Positions 1 through 8,874 of a stretch of DNA of 64,000 bases are shown here, in pieces. The notes under the pieces are model-generated. The model made no database searches. It worked only from the letters and a program-made list of their open reading frames with translations, and was not told the DNA's origin. Position numbers and translations under genes: made by a program. The DNA lies in contig OZ241987.1 in assembly GCA_965204395.1 (NCBI GenBank), forward strand, positions 2,482,438 through 2,546,437, in the 5' to 3' direction. Position 1 is the stretch's first letter, and each line of letters opens with the position of its first letter. Source of the stretch: Dehalococcoidia bacterium. GTDB taxonomy: Bacteria; Chloroflexota; Dehalococcoidia; Lucifugimonadales; UBA3495.

Positions 1-286
1 AACCGGCAACGCTGCTCAACCTGTCAGGAGACCACACTAGCACCAGCCCGATCTCTTCGCGTCCGTTCTCAACGGCCTGCATGAGCTCCCGCAGCGCCGA
101 ATGGTCAGCACCCTTGCCTCCCGAACCCGTACCGACGTACCAGGCGGCGACGCTCACGCCACGCCCCTTGGCAAACCGGCGGATGCCGTCCTTCCGAACC
201 TGCACCTGGCCGGCCAGGTCGTCGCCGGTGGCGGAGGCCCACACATAGCCGACGGCCTGCCCGACCGACGCCGCATCATCCGTCAT
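1..286 (-). CDS. serine recombinase (resolvase catalytic domain), 5' part only; the ORF runs off the window edge
   Basis: Not in the ORF track because there is no stop in the window. The minus-strand ATG at 286 gives MTDDAASVGQAVGYVWASATGDDLAGQVQVRKDGIRRFAKGRGVSVAAWYVGTGSGGKGADHSALRELMQAVENGREEIGLVLVWSPDRLSS. The layout matches a resolvase N-terminal domain (GY-x-x-x-S ... VLVW-x-x-DRLS), but the Arg of the Y-x-R-x-S motif is Trp. Confidence 0.55.
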   Translation of the reverse strand, partial: MTDDAASVGQAVGYVWASATGDDLAGQVQVRKDGIRRFAKGRGVSVAAWYVGTGSGGKGADHSALRELMQAVENGREEIGLVLVWSPDRLSSVAG

Positions 287-1007
287 TCGTTCCATCGTTA
301 CCATAATTCACGACCTTCTCGTCGCTGTGTTGGCCAGTTCCCGGGAAGAAACCCAATCCCAAGATGGTGACCGGCGCCAAGTTCTCCCATTCCGACAGCA
401 GTTTCCTCATGACGCGGCTGGACCGTGCCCGCCGCCAACCAAGGCCTGCCTCCAAGGGGATATCCAACGGGTTCAGGTCATGGCCAAACCGTGGCTTGAC
501 GGGATCAATCTCTAGATGCCGGCCGCCCAGCAGGGACAGGTCCTCAAAGAGAGCCCGAGGCTGGCCATAGGAAGCGAAAGGTGTCTGCGGTTCGGGCAGA
601 CCCAAGATGTCCAGGGGCGGCGTCCGGTCCTGGCAGTCGTTCGGCGGCCAGGAGAGACTGTCCGACCGGTCTCGGGGCAGGAAGCTACGGTACGGCCGTA
701 GCAGAGACGAGAACTCCAGACTCCTTGAACGCAAAACGGGGGCCAGATCTCGCCGTCTGCGGGGCCGGATCCTGTCCCACGGGAGGTCCATCGGGATGAT
801 CCTCAAACCCTCATCAACGCGCTCAGTCGTTTCCTCGACGGCAACACCTGATGCGGTCTGATCAAGTACTCCGCTGGCTCGGTCGGCGGCGATGGCCTCG
901 TTGATAAGCTGCGCGATGGCGGTCACGACCCTTTGGCGTATATCTTCGGCCTGGTTGACATTGATTCCGACGTTGCCGACCGCATCGGGAATTGGGGATT
1001 CACTCAT
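276..1007 (-). CDS. hypothetical protein (243 aa), overlaps the start of the downstream resolvase-like gene by 11 nt
   Basis: Longest ORF in this stretch. I recognise no motif. The overlapping stop/start with the resolvase-like ORF suggests co-transcription. Confidence 0.45.
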   Translation of the reverse strand: MSESPIPDAVGNVGINVNQAEDIRQRVVTAIAQLINEAIAADRASGVLDQTASGVAVEETTERVDEGLRIIPMDLPWDRIRPRRRRDLAPVLRSRSLEFSSLLRPYRSFLPRDRSDSLSWPPNDCQDRTPPLDILGLPEPQTPFASYGQPRALFEDLSLLGGRHLEIDPVKPRFGHDLNPLDIPLEAGLGWRRARSSRVMRKLLSEWENLAPVTILGLGFFPGTGQHSDEKVVNYGNDGTNDG

Positions 1008-1307
1008 TCATTGATCTCCGGCCCAGGACGGGGAGTTGCCCAACGGGTGACCCTGGCCTTCAAATTACTGCTGACTTCGACAATCCTTTGCTACAGTAAA
1101 TTATAAACCATTGCAACCAGTCTCGCTGGGGTGCGGCGTCACCTTTTTGTCCGTCGTTCCGCAGACGATACGCATAATCCCGCCGTTGGGTCGATCGACG
1201 CGACCCGCTCCGCTCTACACGCCGGTGCACAGGAATGCAAACCATACTGCACATGCGCTATAATTGGTTCCAACACATGACGCCGATCGACCCAAGGGGG
1301 CAGGAAT

Positions 1308-1793
1308 ATGACAAACATGCACCCCCCGGATCAACCGGGCGACGAGAATAGCAACGTCACCACGGCGCCTGCCGTAGAAGACGAGAAGGAGGTGAACCGA
1401 GAGGAACTACCCATCGGACCCGTGCTGCGCCAGCTCCGGCACGAACGGGAACTCAGCCTCAGGGACGTCCAGAGGGGCGCCGGAATCTCCAACCCCTACC
1501 TCAGCAACCTGGAACTGGGAATCCAGAAGCCCGGCGTCCGGATCCTGGAACGCCTTTCCGATTACTACGGGATCGGCATCTCGGACATCTTCCGGCGTGC
1601 CGAACTGCTCCGGGATCAGGGCCAGGATTGGCAGAGGTCCCACCACGCCGATATCGAACGCAGCTTCCGGTTTCTGATGGAAGACCCTCACCTGGAGCCC
1701 TACGACAAGCCAACCGGCACGCTGCCCCTGGAGGCCAAGAAATTCATGGTCCAGCTCTACGAGCACTACACGGGCAAGCAGTTGCTGGTCTGA
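1308..1793 (+). CDS. XRE-family helix-turn-helix transcriptional regulator
   Basis: The segment LRQLRHERELSLRDVQRGAGISNPYLSNLELGIQKPGVRILERLSDYYG is a typical HTH_3/XRE motif. A TATAAT hexamer lies at 1259-1264 and a GGGGGCAGG ribosome-binding site lies upstream. Confidence 0.8.
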   Translation: MTNMHPPDQPGDENSNVTTAPAVEDEKEVNREELPIGPVLRQLRHERELSLRDVQRGAGISNPYLSNLELGIQKPGVRILERLSDYYGIGISDIFRRAELLRDQGQDWQRSHHADIERSFRFLMEDPHLEPYDKPTGTLPLEAKKFMVQLYEHYTGKQLLV

Positions 1794-1837
1794 CCCGCAA
1801 CGAACCCAATCTCGCATACCGAAAAGGGAGAACCGAT

Positions 1838-2002
1838 TTGAGCGAACTACACGGACCAAAAGCACACGCCCTGTACGCTAAGGTGTCCAGCGCCGGACAG
1901 GACGGAGCGAACACAGCCGCCGAGCAACTGACAGCTTTGCGGGCGCTGAACAACGTGGTTATCGAACGCGCGGACCAAGATCCCCGCATCGACAGCGAAT
2001 AG
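1838..2002 (+). pseudogene. 54-codon ORF resembling the extreme N-terminus of a serine recombinase (possible remnant or small accessory protein)
   Basis: A TTG start follows AAGGGAG. The translation MSELHGPKAHALYAKVSSAGQDGANTAAEQLTALRAL carries the Y-A-K-V-S-S-x-x-Q pattern seen at the catalytic serine of resolvases. Compare FYMRVSSFEQ in the next gene. Confidence 0.3.
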
Positions 2003-2058
2003 CTGCCGCACCCGCACCGGGCCAAACCGACCGACCACGGATCACCGGGAGGCATCAC

Positions 2059-3714
2059 GTGAACAAAAAGAGTCCAACACTACGCATCGCTTTCTACATG
2101 AGGGTGTCCAGCTTCGAACAGGACGTGGAGAACTCCATCGGCGGTCAGCGTACCAACCTGCGGGTCGTGGCGGCAGCCCTGGGCGGCGTGATCGTCCGGG
2201 AGTATGTCGACGAGGGCATCCCCGGCAAGCGGGACGACCGACCCGAGTTCCAGCAGATGATGCGGGACAGCCAACAGAAGCCGCGTCCTTTTGACATCCT
2301 GCTGATCTGGGACCAATCCCGCCTGTCCCGGAAGAACACCACCGCCCTGACCGCAATTGAAAAGCTCGAAAGCCTCGGCATCGAGGTCAGGGAAGTCAGG
2401 GACGAGACCCCTGCCGACCCCAAAACCAGGAAGCTGGTCCGGACCATCAAGGGCGGCATCAACGAATACCAACTGGACGTGATGTCCGAGGACATCATCC
2501 GGGGGCAGCGGCAGACCACGATCCGGGGTTTCTGGGTCTCTCCCAGCGTGCCCTACGGGTACCAGCGCAAGTACGTGTTCGAAGGACCCAGGCGCCGGTC
2601 GCTGCTGGAGCTCCATCCGGAGGCGTCGCACCACGTCCGACTGGTCTTCGACCAACTGCTCAAGAACATGTCCCCGGCCCGCGTAACCAGATGGCTCAAC
2701 GAGAATGGCCACCGCAAATGGGACGGCACCATGTGGAAGGTCAGCCACATCAAGAAGATCCGCAGTTCCCCGGTCTACATAGGCACCTTCGTCCGGGGGC
2801 TCCGCTCGAAGAACAAGAGACAACCCGTCACCTATTGCCGGAACGCCTGTGAAGCGATCGTGTCTGAGGAGGAGTTCGACCAAGTCCAGGAATTCAGGGC
2901 TCAGCGTACCTTTGAGAAGCAACACCCTCGGGTCTCATCCAGCCCCTATCCGCTGTCCGGCCTGATGGAGTGCGAAACCCACGGCGCCAACCTGCGCATG
3001 GAGGGCGCCGTCAACCGCAAGGGCGGAAAATACACCTGCAGCGCCATCAGGGAGGAGCAGCTCAGGGATTGTCCCACGCCGCGTCTTCCCGGCGACGAGA
3101 TCCACGCCATGGTCATCCGCTGTCTGACGGAACGTATCCTCACCGATGAGACGATCAACGCCGTCGGCAACGAGATCATCCAGAACCCGGACGACGAAAC
3201 GCAGGAACAGCGTCGGGAACTGCAAACCACGCAACAGCGCATCGCCAACGCCACCCAGTCCAGGAACCGCCTTACGCAGAAAGTCATGCTGGGACAGATG
3301 GAGGACACCGACATCACGGAGCAGATGACGGGCATCCGCAACAACATCGCCCAGCTGGAGAAACGTGCGGCGGAACTGACCAACAACCTGGCCAACCAAA
3401 ACGCCTTTATAACCGACCTGGAACGGATCCGGGCCTACGCCCGGGACCTGAACACCTACCTGCGCGACGGGGCGGAAGACACGGTCAAGATGATCTTCAA
3501 CCTAGTGATCGACAAGATCATCGTCCGGCCCGGCGGCGCAACGATCCGCTACACCATACCATTGCCGCCTCCAGACGGAGCCGGCGACTGGAGTTTCTCA
3601 GACGAACTGGGCCTCGACGAAGGTCCAGTTCTTCGTATTGGACCCCCCGCTAAAGCAGGAATCCAGAGTTCGCCGCTACAAAGACGTTCTGGATTCCCGC
3701 TTGCGCGGGAATGA
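2059..3714 (+). CDS. large serine recombinase (resolvase + recombinase + zinc-ribbon + coiled-coil architecture)
   Basis: The N-terminus IAFYMRVSSFEQ...DDRPEFQQMM...FDILLIWDQSRLSRK is a resolvase domain. The recombinase domain follows (PYGYQRKY...). The Cys cluster CETHGANLRMEG...KYTCS is followed by a long coiled-coil region. The last ~25 codons are a read-through of a hairpin repeat. Confidence 0.9.
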   Translation: MNKKSPTLRIAFYMRVSSFEQDVENSIGGQRTNLRVVAAALGGVIVREYVDEGIPGKRDDRPEFQQMMRDSQQKPRPFDILLIWDQSRLSRKNTTALTAIEKLESLGIEVREVRDETPADPKTRKLVRTIKGGINEYQLDVMSEDIIRGQRQTTIRGFWVSPSVPYGYQRKYVFEGPRRRSLLELHPEASHHVRLVFDQLLKNMSPARVTRWLNENGHRKWDGTMWKVSHIKKIRSSPVYIGTFVRGLRSKNKRQPVTYCRNACEAIVSEEEFDQVQEFRAQRTFEKQHPRVSSSPYPLSGLMECETHGANLRMEGAVNRKGGKYTCSAIREEQLRDCPTPRLPGDEIHAMVIRCLTERILTDETINAVGNEIIQNPDDETQEQRRELQTTQQRIANATQSRNRLTQKVMLGQMEDTDITEQMTGIRNNIAQLEKRAAELTNNLANQNAFITDLERIRAYARDLNTYLRDGAEDTVKMIFNLVIDKIIVRPGGATIRYTIPLPPPDGAGDWSFSDELGLDEGPVLRIGPPAKAGIQSSPLQRRSGFPLARE

Positions 3715-3715
3715 C
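3652..3715. repeat. type-A hairpin repeat (reverse orientation, 3690-3715) plus a degenerate head-to-head partner (3652-3667)
   Basis: TGGATTCCCGCTTGCGCGGGAATGAC is the reverse complement of the GTCATTCC(C/G)GC-loop-GC(C/G)GGAATCCA unit found at 29808, 33170 and 33207. TCCAGA/TCTGGA arms link it to the upstream half-copy. Confidence 0.8.
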
Positions 3716-3762
3716 GGTGGTGCGCTGGGTTTAGATATCAATTCACGCGTCAGTAAAAAGAG

Positions 3763-6249
3763 GTGACCGATATGGTTCTGAGCGCAGAAAAATTCACCCG
3801 CCAGGCGCAGGAGGCGCTGCAGCGTTCCCAGGAACTGCTGCGGAACTACCAGCACACCCAATGGGACGTGGAGCACGTGCTGCTGGCCCTGGTCGCCCTG
3901 GATGACGGCCTGCCCGAGCGCATCCTCAAGGAACTGGGCGTGGACCCGGAGTTGGTCAAGAGCCGTCTCCACCAATCCCTGGAGGGAATGCCGAAACTCA
4001 CCGCCGGATCCCAGCAGATTTTCGTAACCCCCCGGTTGCAGCGCATGCTCCAGGTCTCCGACGAGGAGGCCCAGCGGCTGCACGACCAGTTCATCAGCGT
4101 CGAACACCTGCTGGTCGCCGCAGCCCGCGAGAACTCCGGAGATTCCGCCCGCCTGTTCCAGGACCTGGGCATCAACCAGGAGATGGTCTATCAGGCCATG
4201 CAGAAGCTCCGCGGCGCCCACCGCGTGGACGACCCCAACGCCGAGCAGCGTTACCGCTCCCTGGAAAAGTACAGCGTTGACCTCACCGAACTGGCCCGCA
4301 TCGGCAAGCTCGACCCGGTGGTGGGCCGCGAAAAAGAAATCCGCCAGGTCATGCAGACCCTCACCCGGCGCACCAAGAACAACCCGGTGCTCATCGGCGA
4401 GGCCGGCGTCGGCAAAACCGCCATCGCCGAGGGTCTGGCCAGCAAGATCATCTGCGACGACGTGCCCGACTCTCTGCGCAACAAGCGGGTCATGGCTCTG
4501 GACATGGGCCGTCTCGTGGCGGGCGCCAAGTTCCGCGGCGAGTTCGAGGAACGCCTCAAGTCCGTAATCGACGAGGTCACCTCGTCCAACGGCGAGGTCA
4601 TCGTCTTTCTCGACGAGATGCACACCCTGGTCGGCGCCGGCGGCGGCGAAGGCGGTCTGGACGCCAGCAACATGCTCAAGCCCCCGTTGGCCCGCGGCGA
4701 ACTCCAGGCCGTCGGCTCCACCACCCTGGACGAGTTCCGCAAGCACATCGAAAAGGACCCGGCCCTGGCCCGGCGGTTCCAGCCCGTGTTCGTCGAGGAA
4801 CCCACCGCTGACGAATCCGTGCGCATCCTGCGGGCGTTGAAACCCCGCTACGAGGCCCACCACAAGGTGTCCATCACCGACGCCGCCCTGGAAGCCGCCG
4901 TCCGCCTCAGCGACCGCTACATCACCGATCGCCGCCTGCCCGACAAGGCCATCGACTTCATCGACGAGGCGGCCAGCAAGGTCCGCATCGACGCCGGCTC
5001 CCTGCCGCCCCGGGTGCAGGAGATGGAAAACCGCCGTCGCGAACTCACCGACCTGGAGGAACGCGCCAACCAGATGTCCGACTACGAGCGGGCGGCCCAG
5101 CACCGCACCGAGCGGCTGCGCCTGGAAGACGAGCTGAACTCCGAGCATCAGCGCATCGAACACACCTCCGGCCCCGACCTGGTGGTGAACGAAAAAGACA
5201 TCGCCGAGCTGGTTTCCAACTGGACCGGCATCCCGGTGGGTCAATTGATGGAGGGCGAGGCCGAGCGTCTGCTGCACATGGAGGAACACCTCCACAGGCG
5301 CGTCATCGGACAGGACGACGCCATCAACGCGGTTGCCGACACCATCCGCCGCGCCCGTTCCGGCCTAAACGACCCCAAGCGGCCCTACGGCAGCTTCATA
5401 TTCCTGGGGCCCACCGGCGTCGGCAAAACCGAACTGAGCCGCGCCCTCGCCGAGTTCCTGTTCGCCGACGAGGACAGCATGGTCCGCCTGGACATGTCGG
5501 AGTACGGCGAGCGCCACACGGTGTCCCGGCTCATCGGCGCGCCCCCGGGCTACGTCGGCTACGACGACGCCGGGCAGTTGACCGAGGCCGTCCGTCGCCG
5601 CCCCCACCGCGTGATCCTGTTCGACGAAATCGAAAAGGCCCACCCGGACGTGTTCAACCTCCTGCTCCAGATACTGGAGGACGGCCGGCTCACCGACGGT
5701 CAGGGACGTACCGTGGACTTCCGGAACACCGTGATAATCATGACCAGCAACCTCGGCACCGGGAATCTGTCCCAGCGTCCCTTCGGATTCAACCCCGAAT
5801 CCGACCGCGAGGGAGACGCCGGATCGGTATCCCCTGAACTGGCCCGTACCGTCAACGAGGCGCTGCGTCGCGCGTTCCGTCCCGAGTTACTCAACCGCAT
5901 CGACGAGACCATCGTGTTCCACCCGCTGAGTCGGGCGCAGATCGGCCAGATCGTCGGCCTGCTGGTCGGGCAGGTGCAGGAACGGTTGGCCGAGCGCAGC
6001 ATAACCTGCGAACTCACCGAGGCCGGCTGCGACTGGCTGGTGAAGGAGGGATTCGACGTCAGCTACGGCGCGCGTCCTCTCCGCCGTGCCATCCAGCGCC
6101 ACTTGGAAAACCAGCTGTCCCGCGGAGTGCTCTCCGGTGAGTTCAACGAGGGCGACCACGTCGTTGCCGATGTGAACGAGGCCGGCGATGGCCTGGCGCT
6201 GTCGGTCAGCGTTCCCGCTGAGGATAAGGAGTTGGTGGGGGTGGCGTGA
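3763..6249 (+). CDS. clpC: ATP-dependent Clp protease ATP-binding subunit ClpC (class I AAA+, two nucleotide-binding domains)
   Basis: Clp_N repeats are present ([11 protein letters not shown]; [11 protein letters not shown]). There are two Walker A sites ([16 protein letters not shown]). The short middle domain with a UVR-like DYERAAQHR favours ClpC over ClpB. The ATG at 3772, 7 nt after AGAGGTG, is an equally plausible start. Confidence 0.9.
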   Translation: MTDMVLSAEKFTRQAQEALQRSQELLRNYQHTQWDVEHVLLALVALDDGLPERILKELGVDPELVKSRLHQSLEGMPKLTAGSQQIFVTPRLQRMLQVSDEEAQRLHDQFISVEHLLVAAARENSGDSARLFQDLGINQEMVYQAMQKLRGAHRVDDPNAEQRYRSLEKYSVDLTELARIGKLDPVVGREKEIRQVMQTLTRRTKNNPVLIGEAGVGKTAIAEGLASKIICDDVPDSLRNKRVMALDMGRLVAGAKFRGEFEERLKSVIDEVTSSNGEVIVFLDEMHTLVGAGGGEGGLDASNMLKPPLARGELQAVGSTTLDEFRKHIEKDPALARRFQPVFVEEPTADESVRILRALKPRYEAHHKVSITDAALEAAVRLSDRYITDRRLPDKAIDFIDEAASKVRIDAGSLPPRVQEMENRRRELTDLEERANQMSDYERAAQHRTERLRLEDELNSEHQRIEHTSGPDLVVNEKDIAELVSNWTGIPVGQLMEGEAERLLHMEEHLHRRVIGQDDAINAVADTIRRARSGLNDPKRPYGSFIFLGPTGVGKTELSRALAEFLFADEDSMVRLDMSEYGERHTVSRLIGAPPGYVGYDDAGQLTEAVRRRPHRVILFDEIEKAHPDVFNLLLQILEDGRLTDGQGRTVDFRNTVIIMTSNLGTGNLSQRPFGFNPESDREGDAGSVSPELARTVNEALRRAFRPELLNRIDETIVFHPLSRAQIGQIVGLLVGQVQERLAERSITCELTEAGCDWLVKEGFDVSYGARPLRRAIQRHLENQLSRGVLSGEFNEGDHVVADVNEAGDGLALSVSVPAEDKELVGVA

Positions 6250-6267
6250 CCGGAAGCGGGGTGATTC

Positions 6268-6293
6268 AGGGGCGAATAATCATTCGCCCCTAC
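6268..6293. repeat. type-B palindromic repeat (GGGGCGAATAAT-n-ATTCGCCCC)
   Basis: AGGGGCGAATAATCATTCGCCCCTAC lies between the convergent clpC and DUF5615 genes. The same unit occurs at 10792 and 34550. It probably acts as a bidirectional terminator hairpin. Confidence 0.8.
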
Positions 6294-6664
6294 TGTTCTG
6301 GCAAAGTCCGCGAACGTATCGCCGAGTTGCTGACCGTTGAAAAGTTGCCTTCCCAATCGTTTCTCGATTCCACAGTACGCAGCATGAAGTGCGGTCGGTC
6401 GGCTACGTCCATGTCGGCTATCCGGAATAATATCAACCCTGGGGGTGCGCCGGCGCCGCGCAAAAAGATAAGCTCACCGAAATCCTTCTTGTCGAAGGTG
6501 ACCAGTATGCGAGACTCCCGGGAGGCCAAATGCAACACATCCCGATCTATCAGGCCCGGCTGATATTCGGATACGGAGAGGACATCGTGGCCGGCGACTC
6601 GCAGCAGGGCAACAACCTCGTCAGGTATGTTCTCGTCAGCGCAAAGTCGGAGAGGCATCCACAC
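6290..6664 (-). CDS. DUF5615-type PIN-like (Mut7-C-like) putative toxin
   Basis: LRLCADENIPDEVVALLRVAGHDVLSV...RILVTFDKKDFGEL is the typical DUF5615 pattern. It is paired with a DUF433 gene 19 nt upstream. Confidence 0.7.
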   Translation of the reverse strand: MWMPLRLCADENIPDEVVALLRVAGHDVLSVSEYQPGLIDRDVLHLASRESRILVTFDKKDFGELIFLRGAGAPPGLILFRIADMDVADRPHFMLRTVESRNDWEGNFSTVSNSAIRSRTLPEQ

Positions 6665-6682
6665 ACCAGCGAATATTCTTGA

Positions 6683-6988
6683 TTAGCCGTCTGGATGTTC
6701 GAATTCGACGCCTGCTATCCAGGCGTCGATTTCCGACGTTATGGGCGGTTCCAGGGATTCGCTGGCGTAACGCAGGCAGGCGCGGACATCATCGGAACAG
6801 ATATGCGAGTAATTGGTCAGCAGGTACTCTTCAGTGGCGCCGGATGCCATCATTTCCAAAATGAGCGCTACGGACAACCTAGTCCCCTTGATGCGGGGGC
6901 GCCCGCCCACTACTCCGGGAGTGCAGACAATGCGTTCTTGCCAATCCATGATTCCTACTCTCCCGAAACGATAAATCGATTCTACCAT
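6683..6988 (-). CDS. DUF433-type putative antitoxin or DNA-binding protein
   Basis: The segment PGVVGGRPRIKGTRLSVALILEMMASGATEEYLLTNYSHICSDDVRACLRYA matches the DUF433 signature. An alternative start lies at 6949 (MDWQERI). Confidence 0.7.
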   Translation of the reverse strand: MVESIYRFGRVGIMDWQERIVCTPGVVGGRPRIKGTRLSVALILEMMASGATEEYLLTNYSHICSDDVRACLRYASESLEPPITSEIDAWIAGVEFEHPDG

Positions 6989-7003
6989 CGAGGATGTTTG
7001 GGT

Positions 7004-7912
7004 TCAATTAAGCACCAACACCGCTCCTGCGACGACCACCCATGCGGCTATCGACAGCAGCAGGGGAACGTCCCGCAGCATCAGCATCTCCGGCGACTCC
7101 GCGTCCCGGCTGTTGTTCAGCAGGTACAGGTATCGGAACAGCCCGAAGATCACCAGCGGCACCGTCAGAAGCATGGTGTTGTTTTCCGGCAGGTTGTCTG
7201 CCTCCACGGCGTACAACGTGTAGCTCACCAGCGCCGCCGTCGCGGACAGCACCAGCAGTTGCCCGCCCACCGGCGGCCCGTAGTGCTGCAGCGTGGCCCT
7301 TTGCGCCTCCGGATCGGGCCCGGCCAGCCGCGCCTCCGCGTACCGCCGCCCAATCACGATGAACAGCGCCCCGGCAGCGGTCACCGCGTAGAGCCACGGA
7401 GACGGCGCCGCGCCCACGGCCACCGCGCCGGCCACCGCCCGCAGCACATAGCCCGCCGCAACGATCATCACGTCCACCAGCGCCACCGATTTCAGCCGCA
7501 GCGAGTACCCCACGTTCGACACCAGGTACACGACCCCGATGATTGTCAACACCCGGTACGGATCATCGGAAATCGCGTACAGACACCCCATGCCGACAAC
7601 CGCCGACGCGACGCACGTCACCACGGCCAGCGGCAGCGACACGTCCCCGGACGCGATCGGACGGTTGCGCTTGGTGGGATGCTCACGGTCTGCATCGCGG
7701 TCGGCGCAGTCGTTGAGAATGTAAACCGCCGACGATAGCGCGCAGAACCCGGCGAACAGTATCCCCAACCGTGGACCGTAGGGTAGCAGCGTCCCGAGGT
7801 CGCCGGCCGACCACACCAGATCCACCGCGAACATCAACGGCAGGAAAACCAGCGCGTTTTTGACCCACTGCCGCGGCCGTGCCGTCCTGATCAGTCCGGC
7901 GACTACGCTCAT
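7004..7912 (-). CDS. UbiA-family prenyltransferase, decaprenyl-phosphate phosphoribosyltransferase-like
   Basis: Starts MSVVAGLIRTARPRQWVKNALVFLPLMF. Carries YILNDCADRDADREHPTKRNRPIASG (NDxxDxxxD plus HPxKxxRP) and has multiple transmembrane segments. I chose the start at 7912 because of the ATGA overlap with the upstream gene. The 414-aa version in the ORF track is an artefactual extension. Confidence 0.75.
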   Translation of the reverse strand: MSVVAGLIRTARPRQWVKNALVFLPLMFAVDLVWSAGDLGTLLPYGPRLGILFAGFCALSSAVYILNDCADRDADREHPTKRNRPIASGDVSLPLAVVTCVASAVVGMGCLYAISDDPYRVLTIIGVVYLVSNVGYSLRLKSVALVDVMIVAAGYVLRAVAGAVAVGAAPSPWLYAVTAAGALFIVIGRRYAEARLAGPDPEAQRATLQHYGPPVGGQLLVLSATAALVSYTLYAVEADNLPENNTMLLTVPLVIFGLFRYLYLLNNSRDAESPEMLMLRDVPLLLSIAAWVVVAGAVLVLN

Positions 7913-8874
7913 CGATTCTCGGGCGACAGTTCCGGTGCTGTCTCTGACCGGGTGGCAGCAGGTTCGGACCGGCTGATCCAAAGCCACGCCAGCAATCCGA
8001 TCAGCACCGCGAACCAGAGGGTCGCCAACCGTGTCAGCAACGTGGCCAGAGCCGCCTCCGGAGCCTCCAGCCCCGATTGCCGCAGCAGCGCGACCATGCT
8101 GCCCTCGAATCCCACCAGGCCGCCGGGCAGCGCGGTTATCGCGCCCACCAGGGCCGCCGCCGCCGAAATCGGTATCGCCATCAGCGCTGAAATCTGTTCG
8201 CCCATCCCGGCGACGATGATCCACAGCGCCAAGCCTTCCGCCGCCCACGCCAGCGCCCCCAGGATCACGGCGGATGCCAGCATCGGCGGCGTCATCAACT
8301 TGCGGAGACCCTCATGGGAGTGGGCCAGTGGTTCCTGCCACCGCCGGAGGACGGGCAGCCGCAATGCTAGCGTCCCGAACCGCGATGCTGCCAGTGCCCC
8401 GGCGACCATTACCACCGCGAGTATACCCGCTACCACCAGCGCCACCGCAGTCGGCAGCAGCGCGATCCCCATCAGCCCCAAAAGCCCAACCGATAACACG
8501 TCGGTCAACCGCTCCATGACCACCGCCGGCGCGGAGGTGGACACCGGCACACCGGCCCGCCGGCTCAGCCACACGCTCTTGAGCAATTCCCCCGCTTTTC
8601 CCGGCGTGATGGACAACGCCAGACCCGCCGCGAAAACCGACACGCTCACCGTCCACGGCACCCGAATCCCCAACGCCCGGAGATACATCAACCACCGCAG
8701 GTAACGCAGCGCGTAGTTGATCATGGCTAACCCCAAGGCCGCCGCGAACGCCGCATATAGGGCCGGCGAATCCACCAACAGCCCGCTGACCTCGTGCAGG
8801 TCGCCGTACACCAGCAGCCCGGCGAACGCCGCGACTGTGAGCAGCAGCAGGATCAGCCAGGCGCGTCCGCTCAA
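7909..8874 (-). CDS. flippase-like / lysylphosphatidylglycerol-synthase-TM-region family membrane protein
   Basis: About 8 transmembrane segments, with INYALRYLRWLMYLRALG...LSITPGKAGELLK, typical of the UPF0104/LPG_synthase_TM family. It has 4-nt overlaps with both neighbours. Confidence 0.65.
   Translation of the reverse strand: MSGRAWLILLLLTVAAFAGLLVYGDLHEVSGLLVDSPALYAAFAAALGLAMINYALRYLRWLMYLRALGIRVPWTVSVSVFAAGLALSITPGKAGELLKSVWLSRRAGVPVSTSAPAVVMERLTDVLSVGLLGLMGIALLPTAVALVVAGILAVVMVAGALAASRFGTLALRLPVLRRWQEPLAHSHEGLRKLMTPPMLASAVILGALAWAAEGLALWIIVAGMGEQISALMAIPISAAAALVGAITALPGGLVGFEGSMVALLRQSGLEAPEAALATLLTRLATLWFAVLIGLLAWLWISRSEPAATRSETAPELSPENR

Larger units (their letters stand above)
1..3716. 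mobile_element. right-hand edge of a putative integrated element or recombinase island (extends beyond the window start)
   Basis: Three serine-recombinase-related sequences plus an XRE regulator lie within 3.7 kb, directly abutting the housekeeping gene clpC. The block ends in inverted hairpin repeats at 3652-3715. No att sites could be identified from this window alone. Confidence 0.4.

Noticed and set aside
1060-1254. 64-aa minus-strand ORF in the divergent promoter region of the island
   Set aside because: It has no ribosome-binding site and its Arg-rich composition is odd. It overlaps the likely promoter (TATAAT at 1259-1264) of the XRE gene, so it is probably non-coding.
3676-5295. 539-aa ORF antisense to clpC
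   Set aside because: Its Val/Gly/Ala/Leu-rich, Lys-poor composition is typical of a shadow frame in high-GC coding DNA. The opposite strand encodes an unmistakable ClpC.
7913-8248. 112-codon N-terminal extension of the UbiA-family ORF (the 414-aa version in the ORF track)
   Set aside because: The extension is Gly/Arg-rich and lies entirely within the upstream flippase-like gene. An ATGA-coupled start at 7912 gives a normal-length enzyme beginning at the conserved RPRQWVKN region.
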